Shown here: piece after piece, positions 20,831-29,493 of the stretch
Position numbering within the stretch: position 1 is the first letter of the stretch
Layout: each line of letters begins with the position of its first letter
From: a virus
Strand: one strand, 5' to 3'
Virus record (IMG/VR): IMGVR_UViG_3300018044_000001
Location: 1-64,000 of that record
DNA length: 64,000 nucleotides
Translations under genes and position numbers: made by a program
Notes under the pieces: generated by a model
Databases searched by the model: none
What the model was told of the DNA's origin: nothing
What the model saw: the letters and a program-made list of their open reading frames with translations, nothing else

Positions 20831-21194
20831 CAAGGCCATACTAGTCGTGGACGACTGTCGCAACTTCCCAAAATCACCAACCGATATGGTGCGTACCGTG
20901 CGTACGTCGGCAGCAGCGTTACAGTTTCTTGGTTTCGACACGGGCGTGCGTCCCGAGATTGACGAACTGTGGCTCGACTTTGATTTGGGTGGTGTGTTTG
21001 GTCAGTTGGAACTGTATGACACGGCGATGCCCGTCGCCCTGTACCTAGCTGAGTGCGCGTACTACGGTGACCCATACCCAGTCAAAGAGATCATCATTCA
21101 TTCGTCTAATCCGGTTGGTTCCGAGGCGATGCTACAGACGCTGCTCCGTTTTGGCTATAACGTTAAGCGACAGGAGGCGCACTTTGGTGTCTGA
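20823..21194 (+). CDS. cyclic-phosphate-processing receiver domain protein
   Basis: ILVVDDCR, LWLDFDLG, IHSSNPVG motifs. Confidence 0.8.
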   Translation: MSSKAILVVDDCRNFPKSPTDMVRTVRTSAAALQFLGFDTGVRPEIDELWLDFDLGGVFGQLELYDTAMPVALYLAECAYYGDPYPVKEIIIHSSNPVGSEAMLQTLLRFGYNVKRQEAHFGV

Positions 21195-21296
21195 AAGCAA
21201 TGACTTTCAACAACCTATAGATTATAGTTATTTTCGTGCTGTATAACCAATAGGTTATACTTTCAGATGTTGTGCTGCAGGATAGTCGGACGTGGG

Positions 21297-21836
21297 TCAA
21301 GTCTTTGTCTTTGCCAGCATCGACGCATGAATGGCCCCAATCCGTGCTGTAGCCATCGCAGCGGCGACAGGATTGATCTCCACCGTTAGTTGGTTGTCCT
21401 GTAGCGACTCGCCACCCGTGGACCAGTTGGTCGATCCACTGAAGTGCACTACGCCGTCGATGACGCCTTCCTTAAGGTGCATGATGGCACCCTTCTCCGA
21501 ACGACCGATAGCAACAGAACTGATCGGGTAGTCCTCGCCTGTCAGTAGCGTGCGCTCGTGTACGCCGCCCGCCTGCGAACTGTCGAGCGTGAGTTGCACG
21601 TAGACGTTCTCCGCGACCAGCTTGTCCTTGATGATCTGCGCGAGTTCGTCATCATCAAAACCGTACATGGCAAGAACTACACTACGACACGCCGCAGAGA
21701 TGACGGCCTTGAGTGCGCCATGCACGTCGTCTATGGGCGAGTAGAACGTGCGGCGGTCGGTCGGGTACCCGGGTGGGAACGGTGCGCACGCGTACTGGTC
21801 AAGTACCGACAGGTCTGTAAGGGGATGGACTATCAT
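21297..21836 (-). CDS. phospholipase D-like (single HKD) protein
   Basis: MHLKEGVIDG..GSTNWS..QDN. Confidence 0.85.
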   Translation of the reverse strand: MIVHPLTDLSVLDQYACAPFPPGYPTDRRTFYSPIDDVHGALKAVISAACRSVVLAMYGFDDDELAQIIKDKLVAENVYVQLTLDSSQAGGVHERTLLTGEDYPISSVAIGRSEKGAIMHLKEGVIDGVVHFSGSTNWSTGGESLQDNQLTVEINPVAAAMATARIGAIHASMLAKTKT

Positions 21837-21985
21837 GTGTGTTGTCTTTCGAATACCACGACCAGCCGGTCATCGTTACCACCCGACCACGAATGCAGTT
21901 TCCACTCCGTGCCGAGCATCTTGTTGAGCAGGGCTTCCAGTTCCTTGGTGGACCTGACCTCAACCACCTTGATCCACTTCATGCG

Positions 21986-22141
21986 CTACGGGATCGGTAG
22001 GAATGATCCAGCGAACAAGCCAAGTCCGATGCCAAGGATGCACATCAGGTGATCAGCCGTGCTCCATGTCCCGCCTGTAATGGCAAGAATAGCGAGGATC
22101 AGAAAGGCAACGATAGAAAGGACGAGTAGGAATAACTTCAT
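21986..22141 (-). CDS. small membrane protein
   Basis: two hydrophobic segments; AGGAG RBS. Confidence 0.6.
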   Translation of the reverse strand: MKLFLLVLSIVAFLILAILAITGGTWSTADHLMCILGIGLGLFAGSFLPIP

Positions 22142-22149
22142 GGTGCTCC

Positions 22150-22461
22150 TTAAGTTGGTTGTGAGTTCCTGTTGGTGAGCCATTCTTCTGCCATATCGCC
22201 TAGAATGGTCCCGAGTATGGCGGCTAATGCGAGTGCGAGCAGGATTGACATTGACACGAGGCTGACGCCGTAGTGATAGATCGAGGCGCCACCCACGCCC
22301 ACCGCAAAAGCACTACCCACGTCGTGTCCTACTTCGGAGAGACTGGCGTATGTGCGGCGACGCCATGTACCGAACCTCTCGTTTGACAGGGCGTCGATCT
22401 TGATCGTCTCGCACACGTCCATGAATAGCATCGACACAAACACGATCAGGGCGATGAGCAT
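22150..22461 (-). CDS. membrane protein, holin candidate
   Basis: multiple hydrophobic helices in lysis region. Confidence 0.55.
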   Translation of the reverse strand: MLIALIVFVSMLFMDVCETIKIDALSNERFGTWRRRTYASLSEVGHDVGSAFAVGVGGASIYHYGVSLVSMSILLALALAAILGTILGDMAEEWLTNRNSQPT

Positions 22462-22629
22462 CGCTACCCCAGCATCCTCTTGGCCATGTCAATGAGGTCT
22501 TGTTCGTCCTCAATGACCTCAAGGCGACGTAGTTTGATTGCTTCAAACAGAGAGTCAATGAACACGTGGCTGTGGTCGATTTTGGAGATGAGTTTCTGCA
22601 TCTCTAACGGTAATTCCTGCGGTGTCATC

Positions 22630-23025
22630 TTACGCCCCCTCTTTTGCAATCCGCTCGCGCACCTGTACGCGCGTTTCCAGTTTATCGATGCGCTGGAATA
22701 CCTCGCGTTCAACGGCGTCCGTATGACCCTTCTGCGTAGCTACGGTCACGATCAGAGCGTCAACTTTGGCTTCGGTGCGTGCCGCTGTATCGCCCAAACT
22801 TAGGCTCCCGCCACCGTTGGGCTTAACTTCAGTAAGGAGTCGGTCTAGCTTATCTTCTCGTACAGCTCGTGCGGACAACCAACGGTTGATGCTGATACCA
22901 GCACCAATGATGATGCCGATACCGATGAGGATATAGATCCAGTTGTATTCCATCGTACCAGAACCGAGCGTGACCCTCGCTAGTACGGCATAGTAAGCGG
23001 CTACCCCGCTAGCCGTGGCGATCAT
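22630..23025 (-). CDS. membrane-anchored lysis-region protein
   Basis: TM helix then EVKPNGGGSLSL; ATGA overlap with endolysin. Confidence 0.6.
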   Translation of the reverse strand: MIATASGVAAYYAVLARVTLGSGTMEYNWIYILIGIGIIIGAGISINRWLSARAVREDKLDRLLTEVKPNGGGSLSLGDTAARTEAKVDALIVTVATQKGHTDAVEREVFQRIDKLETRVQVRERIAKEGA

Positions 23026-23693
23026 GCCATTAATGCCTTCCATGTCTGGTTGCCGACTATGCCGTCAACGGTGATTTCTTCTGCCATCTGAAAATACTCG
23101 ACCGCGAGCTTCGTGCGAGGACCAAAGATTCCGTCGACGCCACCAGGCTTCAACGCTTCACCCTGTCCGTGAGCGACAAGCCGTTGCTGACAGAGCTTGA
23201 CCGCTGAACTGTGCATGTACGGCGTGGCGAGATACAACGTCGGTTCGGATGGTGGCGGAACGACCTTACCCCACAGGGCGGGACGGATAGCCCCGTAGTA
23301 ACTGAGACCGTCGTGACCGTTGGTGACGGTCGGGATGAACGTGTTATATCGCACACCATATTGCTCGTCATAGGCGTCGATCATGGTGTACGCGCCGCTG
23401 ACGACGCCAGTGTAGATACCTGTGTGTCCCGGCCTCGGTGGTACTAGTTCCCCGCCGCGGAAGTAGACGAAATCACCAGGCTCTAGTGCCCCCTTGACGC
23501 GAGGTGCCTGCGGGACATTGAACTGCTCTGCCGATCCGTGTGCCATCTCGACGCCGATGGATTGCGCTGCCATCATCGTCAGACCTGAGCAGTCCCACGC
23601 GTTCGGTCCCGCGGCACCGTACACATAAGGCTTGCCTAGTTGCGCCTTAGCGAAGGCGACCAGTTGATTCTGGTACTGCGTGACGGTCGGCAT
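23022..23693 (-). CDS. endolysin: NlpC/P60 peptidase plus peptidoglycan-binding domain
   Basis: LGKPYVYGAAGPNAWDCSGL, GHTGIY, VDGIFGPRT..VDGIVGNQTW. Confidence 0.92.
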   Translation of the reverse strand: MPTVTQYQNQLVAFAKAQLGKPYVYGAAGPNAWDCSGLTMMAAQSIGVEMAHGSAEQFNVPQAPRVKGALEPGDFVYFRGGELVPPRPGHTGIYTGVVSGAYTMIDAYDEQYGVRYNTFIPTVTNGHDGLSYYGAIRPALWGKVVPPPSEPTLYLATPYMHSSAVKLCQQRLVAHGQGEALKPGGVDGIFGPRTKLAVEYFQMAEEITVDGIVGNQTWKALMA

Positions 23694-23719
23694 GACTAAC
23701 CTTTCTCGGCAGGGATTAC

Positions 23720-24655
23720 TTAAGCTGGCGTATAAACCGTGGCCCAGTCGACCTGCATGTTCACGACGGCCGGCGTGGAAGCGTTGACAGGGACGTTGTT
23801 GCTGCCCCAATCGAGGGTCTCGATCTGCATGAACAGCTTCATCGGCTGGACGAGACTGTTCGGGTCCGACGGGTTCGTGTCGGGATTCGGCTTCGTGTAC
23901 CAGACCACCCCGTCGACCAGGTAGCTGATGGTCGACGCGTTCCACTCGACGCCGTAGGTGTGCCACTGCGTCGCGTCAGTCGAGCTGTTCGTCTCATACT
24001 CCTGCTCGTTATCAGCACCCCAGTGTGTCGAAGCCTGAAAGAGAAGACGGGTGTTGTTCAGCCCCTTGCCGTCCTCGTAGAGGTCGAGCTCTGGCGGCCA
24101 GTTGTCCAGCCCGATCATGCCGAGGCACATCGTCACGCCGGTGCCGCCGTCACAGCGGGCACGCACGAGGGCAACGCCTGAGGTGTAGCCGACGCGGGTA
24201 CTCAACCCTGTCCCTGCGCGGTTGGTGCCACTCTTGGCGCCATCGGCAGCAGCGTCGACGTAGTTCGACAACGTGGCGATGCTGTTGGCGACCGAGCCGT
24301 GGCTGGACAGGAACGGGCCGAACTGCTGGTTGATGTCCTGGTAAAACCCGTTCCACGTTGTCTCGTTGAGTGAAGTTCCGAGAAAATCATCAGCAAGAAC
24401 CTGCGTGAAGCCTGGATAGGCGTTCGGTCCCGGCATGGTCGTGGTGGGCGGCGGTGGTGGAGGCGGTGGAGGTGCCACAGGATTGGCTGCCAGCCACGCC
24501 GTAGCGGCAGCACTTGCGGCGACAACCGTTGCGTGCGTTGCTAGAGCCAGGCGCTTGACTGCCCCGGTCGTGTCTGCTGCGATCTTCACGAAGGCCGTCG
24601 ATGCGGCATCCAATGCCGTGCGGTCAGACTGGACCTGTGCTTGTGGCGTCGTCAT
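23720..24655 (-). CDS. GH16 family glycoside hydrolase with Pro-rich linker
   Basis: WPPELDLYE (ExDxxE), WHTYGVEW, MQVDW. Confidence 0.85.
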   Translation of the reverse strand: MTTPQAQVQSDRTALDAASTAFVKIAADTTGAVKRLALATHATVVAASAAATAWLAANPVAPPPPPPPPPTTTMPGPNAYPGFTQVLADDFLGTSLNETTWNGFYQDINQQFGPFLSSHGSVANSIATLSNYVDAAADGAKSGTNRAGTGLSTRVGYTSGVALVRARCDGGTGVTMCLGMIGLDNWPPELDLYEDGKGLNNTRLLFQASTHWGADNEQEYETNSSTDATQWHTYGVEWNASTISYLVDGVVWYTKPNPDTNPSDPNSLVQPMKLFMQIETLDWGSNNVPVNASTPAVVNMQVDWATVYTPA

Positions 24656-25215
24656 AGTTCCTTGCTTTCGGGTGGAGTTGCATTGAGAATGCGAGCGAGA
24701 TCAGCGGGCATACAAATGACCGTCGCCACATCTGCTACCAAACCAACGGGTATCCATGCCTCGCACGCGTAGGCAGAACAAATCAAGTGATTCCCGTCAC
24801 CGAGTACGAGCCGCGTGTGAAAGATTGAGTTCAGTGTCTCCGCAAATATGGTCAGAAACCCATACTTGACGCCGAGCTTGGTTCGCACGTAGTTGAGCGT
24901 CACGGCGATTTGATCGCCCATCACGAGGGGAGATACGACCGCATACAGCAGGTGTTTGTAATCCGCGATGGCCGTCAACACGATCCCGTGCGGTCCGGCC
25001 TCGGCGATGGTTTCGTTGTCTACGAAGATGGCGGCATGGTTGGCCCACGCGTAGGCGCGGTCCGTCCTGCGCAACCACTCGCCGAAGCGAATGGCGCGCG
25101 GGATGAAGCCGCTTTTCTTGAGCAGCAACATGTCGCCGGGTTGCGCGTCGGTACACGCAACGTTCTCGGGGAACCAGCGTATCGTGTGCAGTGGTACGCA
25201 GACCAAACTAGTCAC
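24652..25215 (-). CDS. permuted papain-like NlpC/P60 (YiiX/YaeF-like) protein
   Basis: QPGDMLL, NHAAIF, LGVKY, LICSAY. Confidence 0.75.
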   Translation of the reverse strand: MTSLVCVPLHTIRWFPENVACTDAQPGDMLLLKKSGFIPRAIRFGEWLRRTDRAYAWANHAAIFVDNETIAEAGPHGIVLTAIADYKHLLYAVVSPLVMGDQIAVTLNYVRTKLGVKYGFLTIFAETLNSIFHTRLVLGDGNHLICSAYACEAWIPVGLVADVATVICMPADLARILNATPPESKEL

Positions 25216-26033
25216 AGTTGCTTGATGTCGGCTTCAAGTGCCGCAATCTTTAGACTGGTCGGTCCTTTGCCTGCCTTGATTGCTTGGTCGCTTACGCACG
25301 CGTAGGCTTCATCGAGGTAGTTCGATAGAAACTCTTCGGTCACGCCAATGAGTGCACCCCACGTAACTGCCCAGAACATCTTGGTTGGCGAGTCATACCC
25401 AGTAAGCAACACGTCATGTCCACCGAGAATCTGTGAACCCGGCACGTACGTCCACGTGTGCGGGAACTGGTCCTCAGCAGACTGTGGCAACTGGACGCCA
25501 ACGTTCGCAGATCCACACAGGTAGATGGCGTTCTTAACATCATCGAGATTGGTATAGTCGACAGGTGCATACGCGCCGAGCTTGATGCCGTTGAATGCCG
25601 TCTTCGTCCACGTTGTGAACGCGGTGCTGATCTCAAGGCCGGTGTCGTACTGGTCAGGGTTGGTGAACAGTTGCTCGGGCGTGCAACCGGCTAGTTTGCA
25701 GTACACCTCTACGTCTGTATTCGATGACCATGCTGCGTCTTGTGGACCATGCGAGCCGAAGTTATAGTTGTTGCTCAACGTGAAGTGGTCGAACCCGCCA
25801 CCTACGACGCAATCGCCACAGCCACCCCAACCAGGAGGCACACCAGGAAGCGTCACGGTCGGATCTGGACCGTTCGCGGCCATGCCCCAAGGAACCGTGA
25901 CCCTGGCGCCGTAGTGCGCGTGCGGCGGTGGCGCGGGTAGTGCCTCCTCAAAGTACGTCTTGAAATCTGGCAGGTCGGGTCGCTTTGCTGCGAGCTTGCC
26001 GAGCAAACCGTGGGCCGTGCTAGGTACAGTCAT
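25212..26033 (-). CDS. papain-like cysteine peptidase
   Basis: GDCV, GGHDVLLTGYD, VTWG. Confidence 0.75.
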   Translation of the reverse strand: MTVPSTAHGLLGKLAAKRPDLPDFKTYFEEALPAPPPHAHYGARVTVPWGMAANGPDPTVTLPGVPPGWGGCGDCVVGGGFDHFTLSNNYNFGSHGPQDAAWSSNTDVEVYCKLAGCTPEQLFTNPDQYDTGLEISTAFTTWTKTAFNGIKLGAYAPVDYTNLDDVKNAIYLCGSANVGVQLPQSAEDQFPHTWTYVPGSQILGGHDVLLTGYDSPTKMFWAVTWGALIGVTEEFLSNYLDEAYACVSDQAIKAGKGPTSLKIAALEADIKQL

Positions 26034-26076
26034 TTCTCTCCTTGGTTGTGTGAAAGTCCATGCTTTCTACTGCGGA

Positions 26077-27057
26077 TTAAATCGCTAGGCCAGCAACAGC
26101 AGCGGGAAACGTAATGGTGTAGTCAATCACGCCGGTTGACAGGTTGATGCGCTGTGCCGTTGATCCAATGCCGACCCATGCATGATCGCCGTCAGGGTCA
26201 AGACAAATACCGCCCGATAGTCCGCTGACGGGCCAATATGCACCAGCGACATTGCTCGTTGTCGTAGCTGCGATATACCCGTCGATAGTATCGCAATACC
26301 AGATCGTTCCGTTGTCGGCCGTGAGTGCTAGCCATGATGCGTTTATGGTGGAAAGATACTCGCTGATCGTGTAGGAATTGCTCTCTATCTGGGCCTGTGT
26401 CACGACATAGATGAAGCCAGTGCGAAGGTCTGATACGTAGACAGTATTGCCGCCACCCTTCACGACAAGGAGTCCACAGAAAGCCCCTGTGCCACCACCC
26501 GGAACCACAACGCTTCCAAAGGCTTCATATGCATACCCGACCATCACCGCGGACTTGTGGCTCGGGGCGTCTGTTACACCGCCCGTCCCGGCAGAGGAGT
26601 AGGAGTGAGGAAGTTCGTAGTCCCCCGTCGCCCAGTCGTATTGTCCCGCCTGGCCCCCGGCAGAAAAGCTCCAACCCCCGAACGAGTTGTAGTAGACGGT
26701 CCCATAAGGCCCTGGGTTCGGGCCACCGATGAAGCTGGGCCAACCCGTAAGGGATTCGCCCGAGACCCCGACCCAGACGACCCCCCACGAGACGATGTGC
26801 GGTCTCGTCTGGCCCTCGATGTAGGTCGCGTAGACGACGCAGGTCACGGCCACAATGTCGCCGCTGGGTGAAAGTTGCACGTTGGATGGCGTCGTGTTCG
26901 GTGCGTAAAAATCGAAGACAGGACTGAGTGTTGGCAAATAGTCACCAGGAGGAAACAGGTAGTCTTGAAGACTGATCGCAGTACCCGTCACAAGCGAACT
27001 CGTATTAGCGGGTTGAATCGTACCCAAACTCGGGATTGCAGCCCAAAGAATGCCCAT
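26077..27057 (-). CDS. putative tail/receptor-binding protein
   Basis: position after minor tail genes; beta-rich, propeller-like C-terminus. Confidence 0.5.
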   Translation of the reverse strand: MGILWAAIPSLGTIQPANTSSLVTGTAISLQDYLFPPGDYLPTLSPVFDFYAPNTTPSNVQLSPSGDIVAVTCVVYATYIEGQTRPHIVSWGVVWVGVSGESLTGWPSFIGGPNPGPYGTVYYNSFGGWSFSAGGQAGQYDWATGDYELPHSYSSAGTGGVTDAPSHKSAVMVGYAYEAFGSVVVPGGGTGAFCGLLVVKGGGNTVYVSDLRTGFIYVVTQAQIESNSYTISEYLSTINASWLALTADNGTIWYCDTIDGYIAATTTSNVAGAYWPVSGLSGGICLDPDGDHAWVGIGSTAQRINLSTGVIDYTITFPAAVAGLAI

Positions 27058-27509
27058 TAGAACGCGTGGATGAACCAGGTCAAGTTGGCTGCACTTGACC
27101 CACCGTACACGTCAACCGAAACCTGGAAGTAATCAGTCAATGTACCGGGAATGGTCCATGCCCCTGTGCCTGGACATTGCGCTAACGCTTGAGTCAACCC
27201 TGACGGAATCGTGATCGTTGTGAACTCCGTTCCGTTCAGCCAGAAACCAAGCGTCATGTCATTACTACTTGAATCTGCCGTACCAAGCACTCCAGATACG
27301 GCGTACACATACCCGCTGTAATTGCGGGGCAAATGATACGAGACGCCAGGACCGAGAAGAGCGACCGCGCCTGGATAACTGAAGCCCATGTACACGGCAA
27401 TAGGGCCAGGCGGGTTGTTAGTAATGTTGGTGAAGCCAGATGCCGTGCGCGGTCCAAGTGCACGCAGACTAGGCGGGTATGGTGGAGCGGGGTTTAGTTG
27501 GTCAGTCAT
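27057..27509 (-). CDS. putative minor tail protein
   Basis: synteny; coupled start and stop. Confidence 0.55.
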   Translation of the reverse strand: MTDQLNPAPPYPPSLRALGPRTASGFTNITNNPPGPIAVYMGFSYPGAVALLGPGVSYHLPRNYSGYVYAVSGVLGTADSSSNDMTLGFWLNGTEFTTITIPSGLTQALAQCPGTGAWTIPGTLTDYFQVSVDVYGGSSAANLTWFIHAF

Positions 27510-29467
27510 AATGAGTTCAGTAGTTCGTAGGGACTGAGCACGTAGTTCGTGACCCACTTATCTGGCATCGTGACGGTATGCCCAATAGCCTCAATGACGT
27601 TATCCTGTGCAAACACAGCGGTATGTGGCAGTCCCGTACCTGGTGCGTTAGCCCTGACGAAATGCACGACATCCCACAGTCCCAGGCCGAGCATGTACGG
27701 CAGGTTCGCTCCACCATTGGCTGTGGATGCAAGATCAACACTCATCACGCGGACCTGCGATGCTTTGTAGCGTTGCAGCAGCCACGCCGCCAAGTCGGCC
27801 GACGCCTGATCTGGATTGTCTCCCGCTGCTGTCGCGAACAGAAGACCGGTCAAACCACCCGTAGGACCGACACGTTGACCGAATTGTACAACACCGCCTG
27901 GATCAGCAGCAACCTGTGGATTGCCATTCTGTCTCGTCACGCTGATGATCGGCCACACGTCCTCATCATCGCGGACGATCTGTGGCTTGGGTTCATAGTT
28001 GCAGTTGATCACTCCGTCAACAGATGCGGCAGCCATATCAGTGAAGGCAACTACCGGACTAGGGTTGGATATGATGTAGTCACGATCGTAGAAGGTCACC
28101 CTGCCTGTCGGACTGACGAACAGCAACCCGTCTTCTGTTTGTTGGATGGATGTCATGTAACTGAACGCGCTGGTCCCAGTAACGGGGCTTGTCTCTGGTT
28201 GCAGGTCCACACAAGACACGGATGCAGGCAACGATGGGGGCAACAGTGACGGATCAGTGACACCAGCGACCGTCAGACAGTCCACGATGCGCGCGTACGA
28301 TGTCTCGATCTTGGAGAAATATGACCCGGCGTTGTAGTGACCCGTAATGTCGGGACGCACAGAATAGACGGCCATCTGACCAAGCAGGCCGGGATAGCTG
28401 GGCTGCCAATACGCAGACGCCGTAGTGTTGTTGTAGTAGCCACCGAAGACCACGCTGGCGGCAATCTCGGTGATGCCAGGCCCGACACTGGCCGCATCGC
28501 AATAGATACCGAACTCACCCGCGACAATGTGATGCCACTTGCCGTCATTGAACGTACACGGCGCACCCACGCTGGCGGTGACGACGCTGCCTGACATCGT
28601 TTGCCAGATCAGTTGTGGTGTTGCAAAGTCAGCGACCAACGCGGCCGAAGTATCCATCGCTTCGTAGATGTACGCGTGCTGATCGCGGTTCATACCGGTT
28701 GCCTTAGCAGGCACCTGCGTCCAGAACTCAAGCGCGTTATTTGTGCCACCTAAGTCGCACCAGAAATATCCCTGCGGGTTAGGCGAAGATGACCCGTCGC
28801 CAAGGGATACAGCGGTTGACGTGTCATAAAGGATCGGACCCTGATACCCGTAGCCAACGTTATCGGGCATACCAGGGGTCAGTCCGTAGTCATCGGCGAG
28901 CAGTGTGTGCTCGTTGCCAGAATAGTCCTTGGTCCACTCTGGCCCTAATATCCAGTACGCTGCCGGAGAGTCATAGAGCACGGCGTTTTCATACAGGCCG
29001 TTTGCCGTTGATTCGCCACCCAACGAGTTAGCGCATCCTGACGAGTTGAGCGATACCTGTGCCAACCATCCCAACAGGTCGGTAGCCTGTAGCGTCACAT
29101 CACTGTTAACAGCATCAGGATCAATCTCATTGACAGAGTTGATATATCCGTAGAAGATCGGGTATGTCACGCTGTGCCACGTCGCCGTGATCTTGATGGG
29201 CACCATCGGTACAAGCGGATACGGGAACGTCGCGTCCGTGATCGGAGAGGCGTTGTACGGTGTCCACGGCGCAAACGTCGCTGTGCGGTTGGTCAGTGTC
29301 ATCGTCAGTGTCGTCGCTTGGATCTGGTCCAACTCATGCTGACGACCAGCCTTGGTGTTGAACGACTGGACGTATTCCGAGATGTCGAGCCATTCGGCGA
29401 CATCATCGAACAGGAGCGTGTATGTTAGCGGTATTTCAACCGCAATGGTCGGCATCTGGAGACTCAT
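27506..29467 (-). CDS. minor tail protein with LamG-like insert
   Basis: follows tape measure; GRQHELD, PIFYGYI, NDGKWHHIVA. Confidence 0.75.
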   Translation of the reverse strand: MSLQMPTIAVEIPLTYTLLFDDVAEWLDISEYVQSFNTKAGRQHELDQIQATTLTMTLTNRTATFAPWTPYNASPITDATFPYPLVPMVPIKITATWHSVTYPIFYGYINSVNEIDPDAVNSDVTLQATDLLGWLAQVSLNSSGCANSLGGESTANGLYENAVLYDSPAAYWILGPEWTKDYSGNEHTLLADDYGLTPGMPDNVGYGYQGPILYDTSTAVSLGDGSSSPNPQGYFWCDLGGTNNALEFWTQVPAKATGMNRDQHAYIYEAMDTSAALVADFATPQLIWQTMSGSVVTASVGAPCTFNDGKWHHIVAGEFGIYCDAASVGPGITEIAASVVFGGYYNNTTASAYWQPSYPGLLGQMAVYSVRPDITGHYNAGSYFSKIETSYARIVDCLTVAGVTDPSLLPPSLPASVSCVDLQPETSPVTGTSAFSYMTSIQQTEDGLLFVSPTGRVTFYDRDYIISNPSPVVAFTDMAAASVDGVINCNYEPKPQIVRDDEDVWPIISVTRQNGNPQVAADPGGVVQFGQRVGPTGGLTGLLFATAAGDNPDQASADLAAWLLQRYKASQVRVMSVDLASTANGGANLPYMLGLGLWDVVHFVRANAPGTGLPHTAVFAQDNVIEAIGHTVTMPDKWVTNYVLSPYELLNSL

Positions 29468-29493
29468 GACACACCCCCTTTATTCACGGGTGA

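Noticed and set aside
987-21208. Repeated palindromes as a CRISPR array or integron attC sites
   Set aside because: Spacing is gene-sized and irregular, the conserved part is only 10 bp, there are no cas genes, and there are no long attC hairpins with RYYYAAC/GTTRRRY ends.
26077-27057. Diversity-generating retroelement target in the tail gene
   Set aside because: No reverse transcriptase and no template/variable repeat pair seen in the window.
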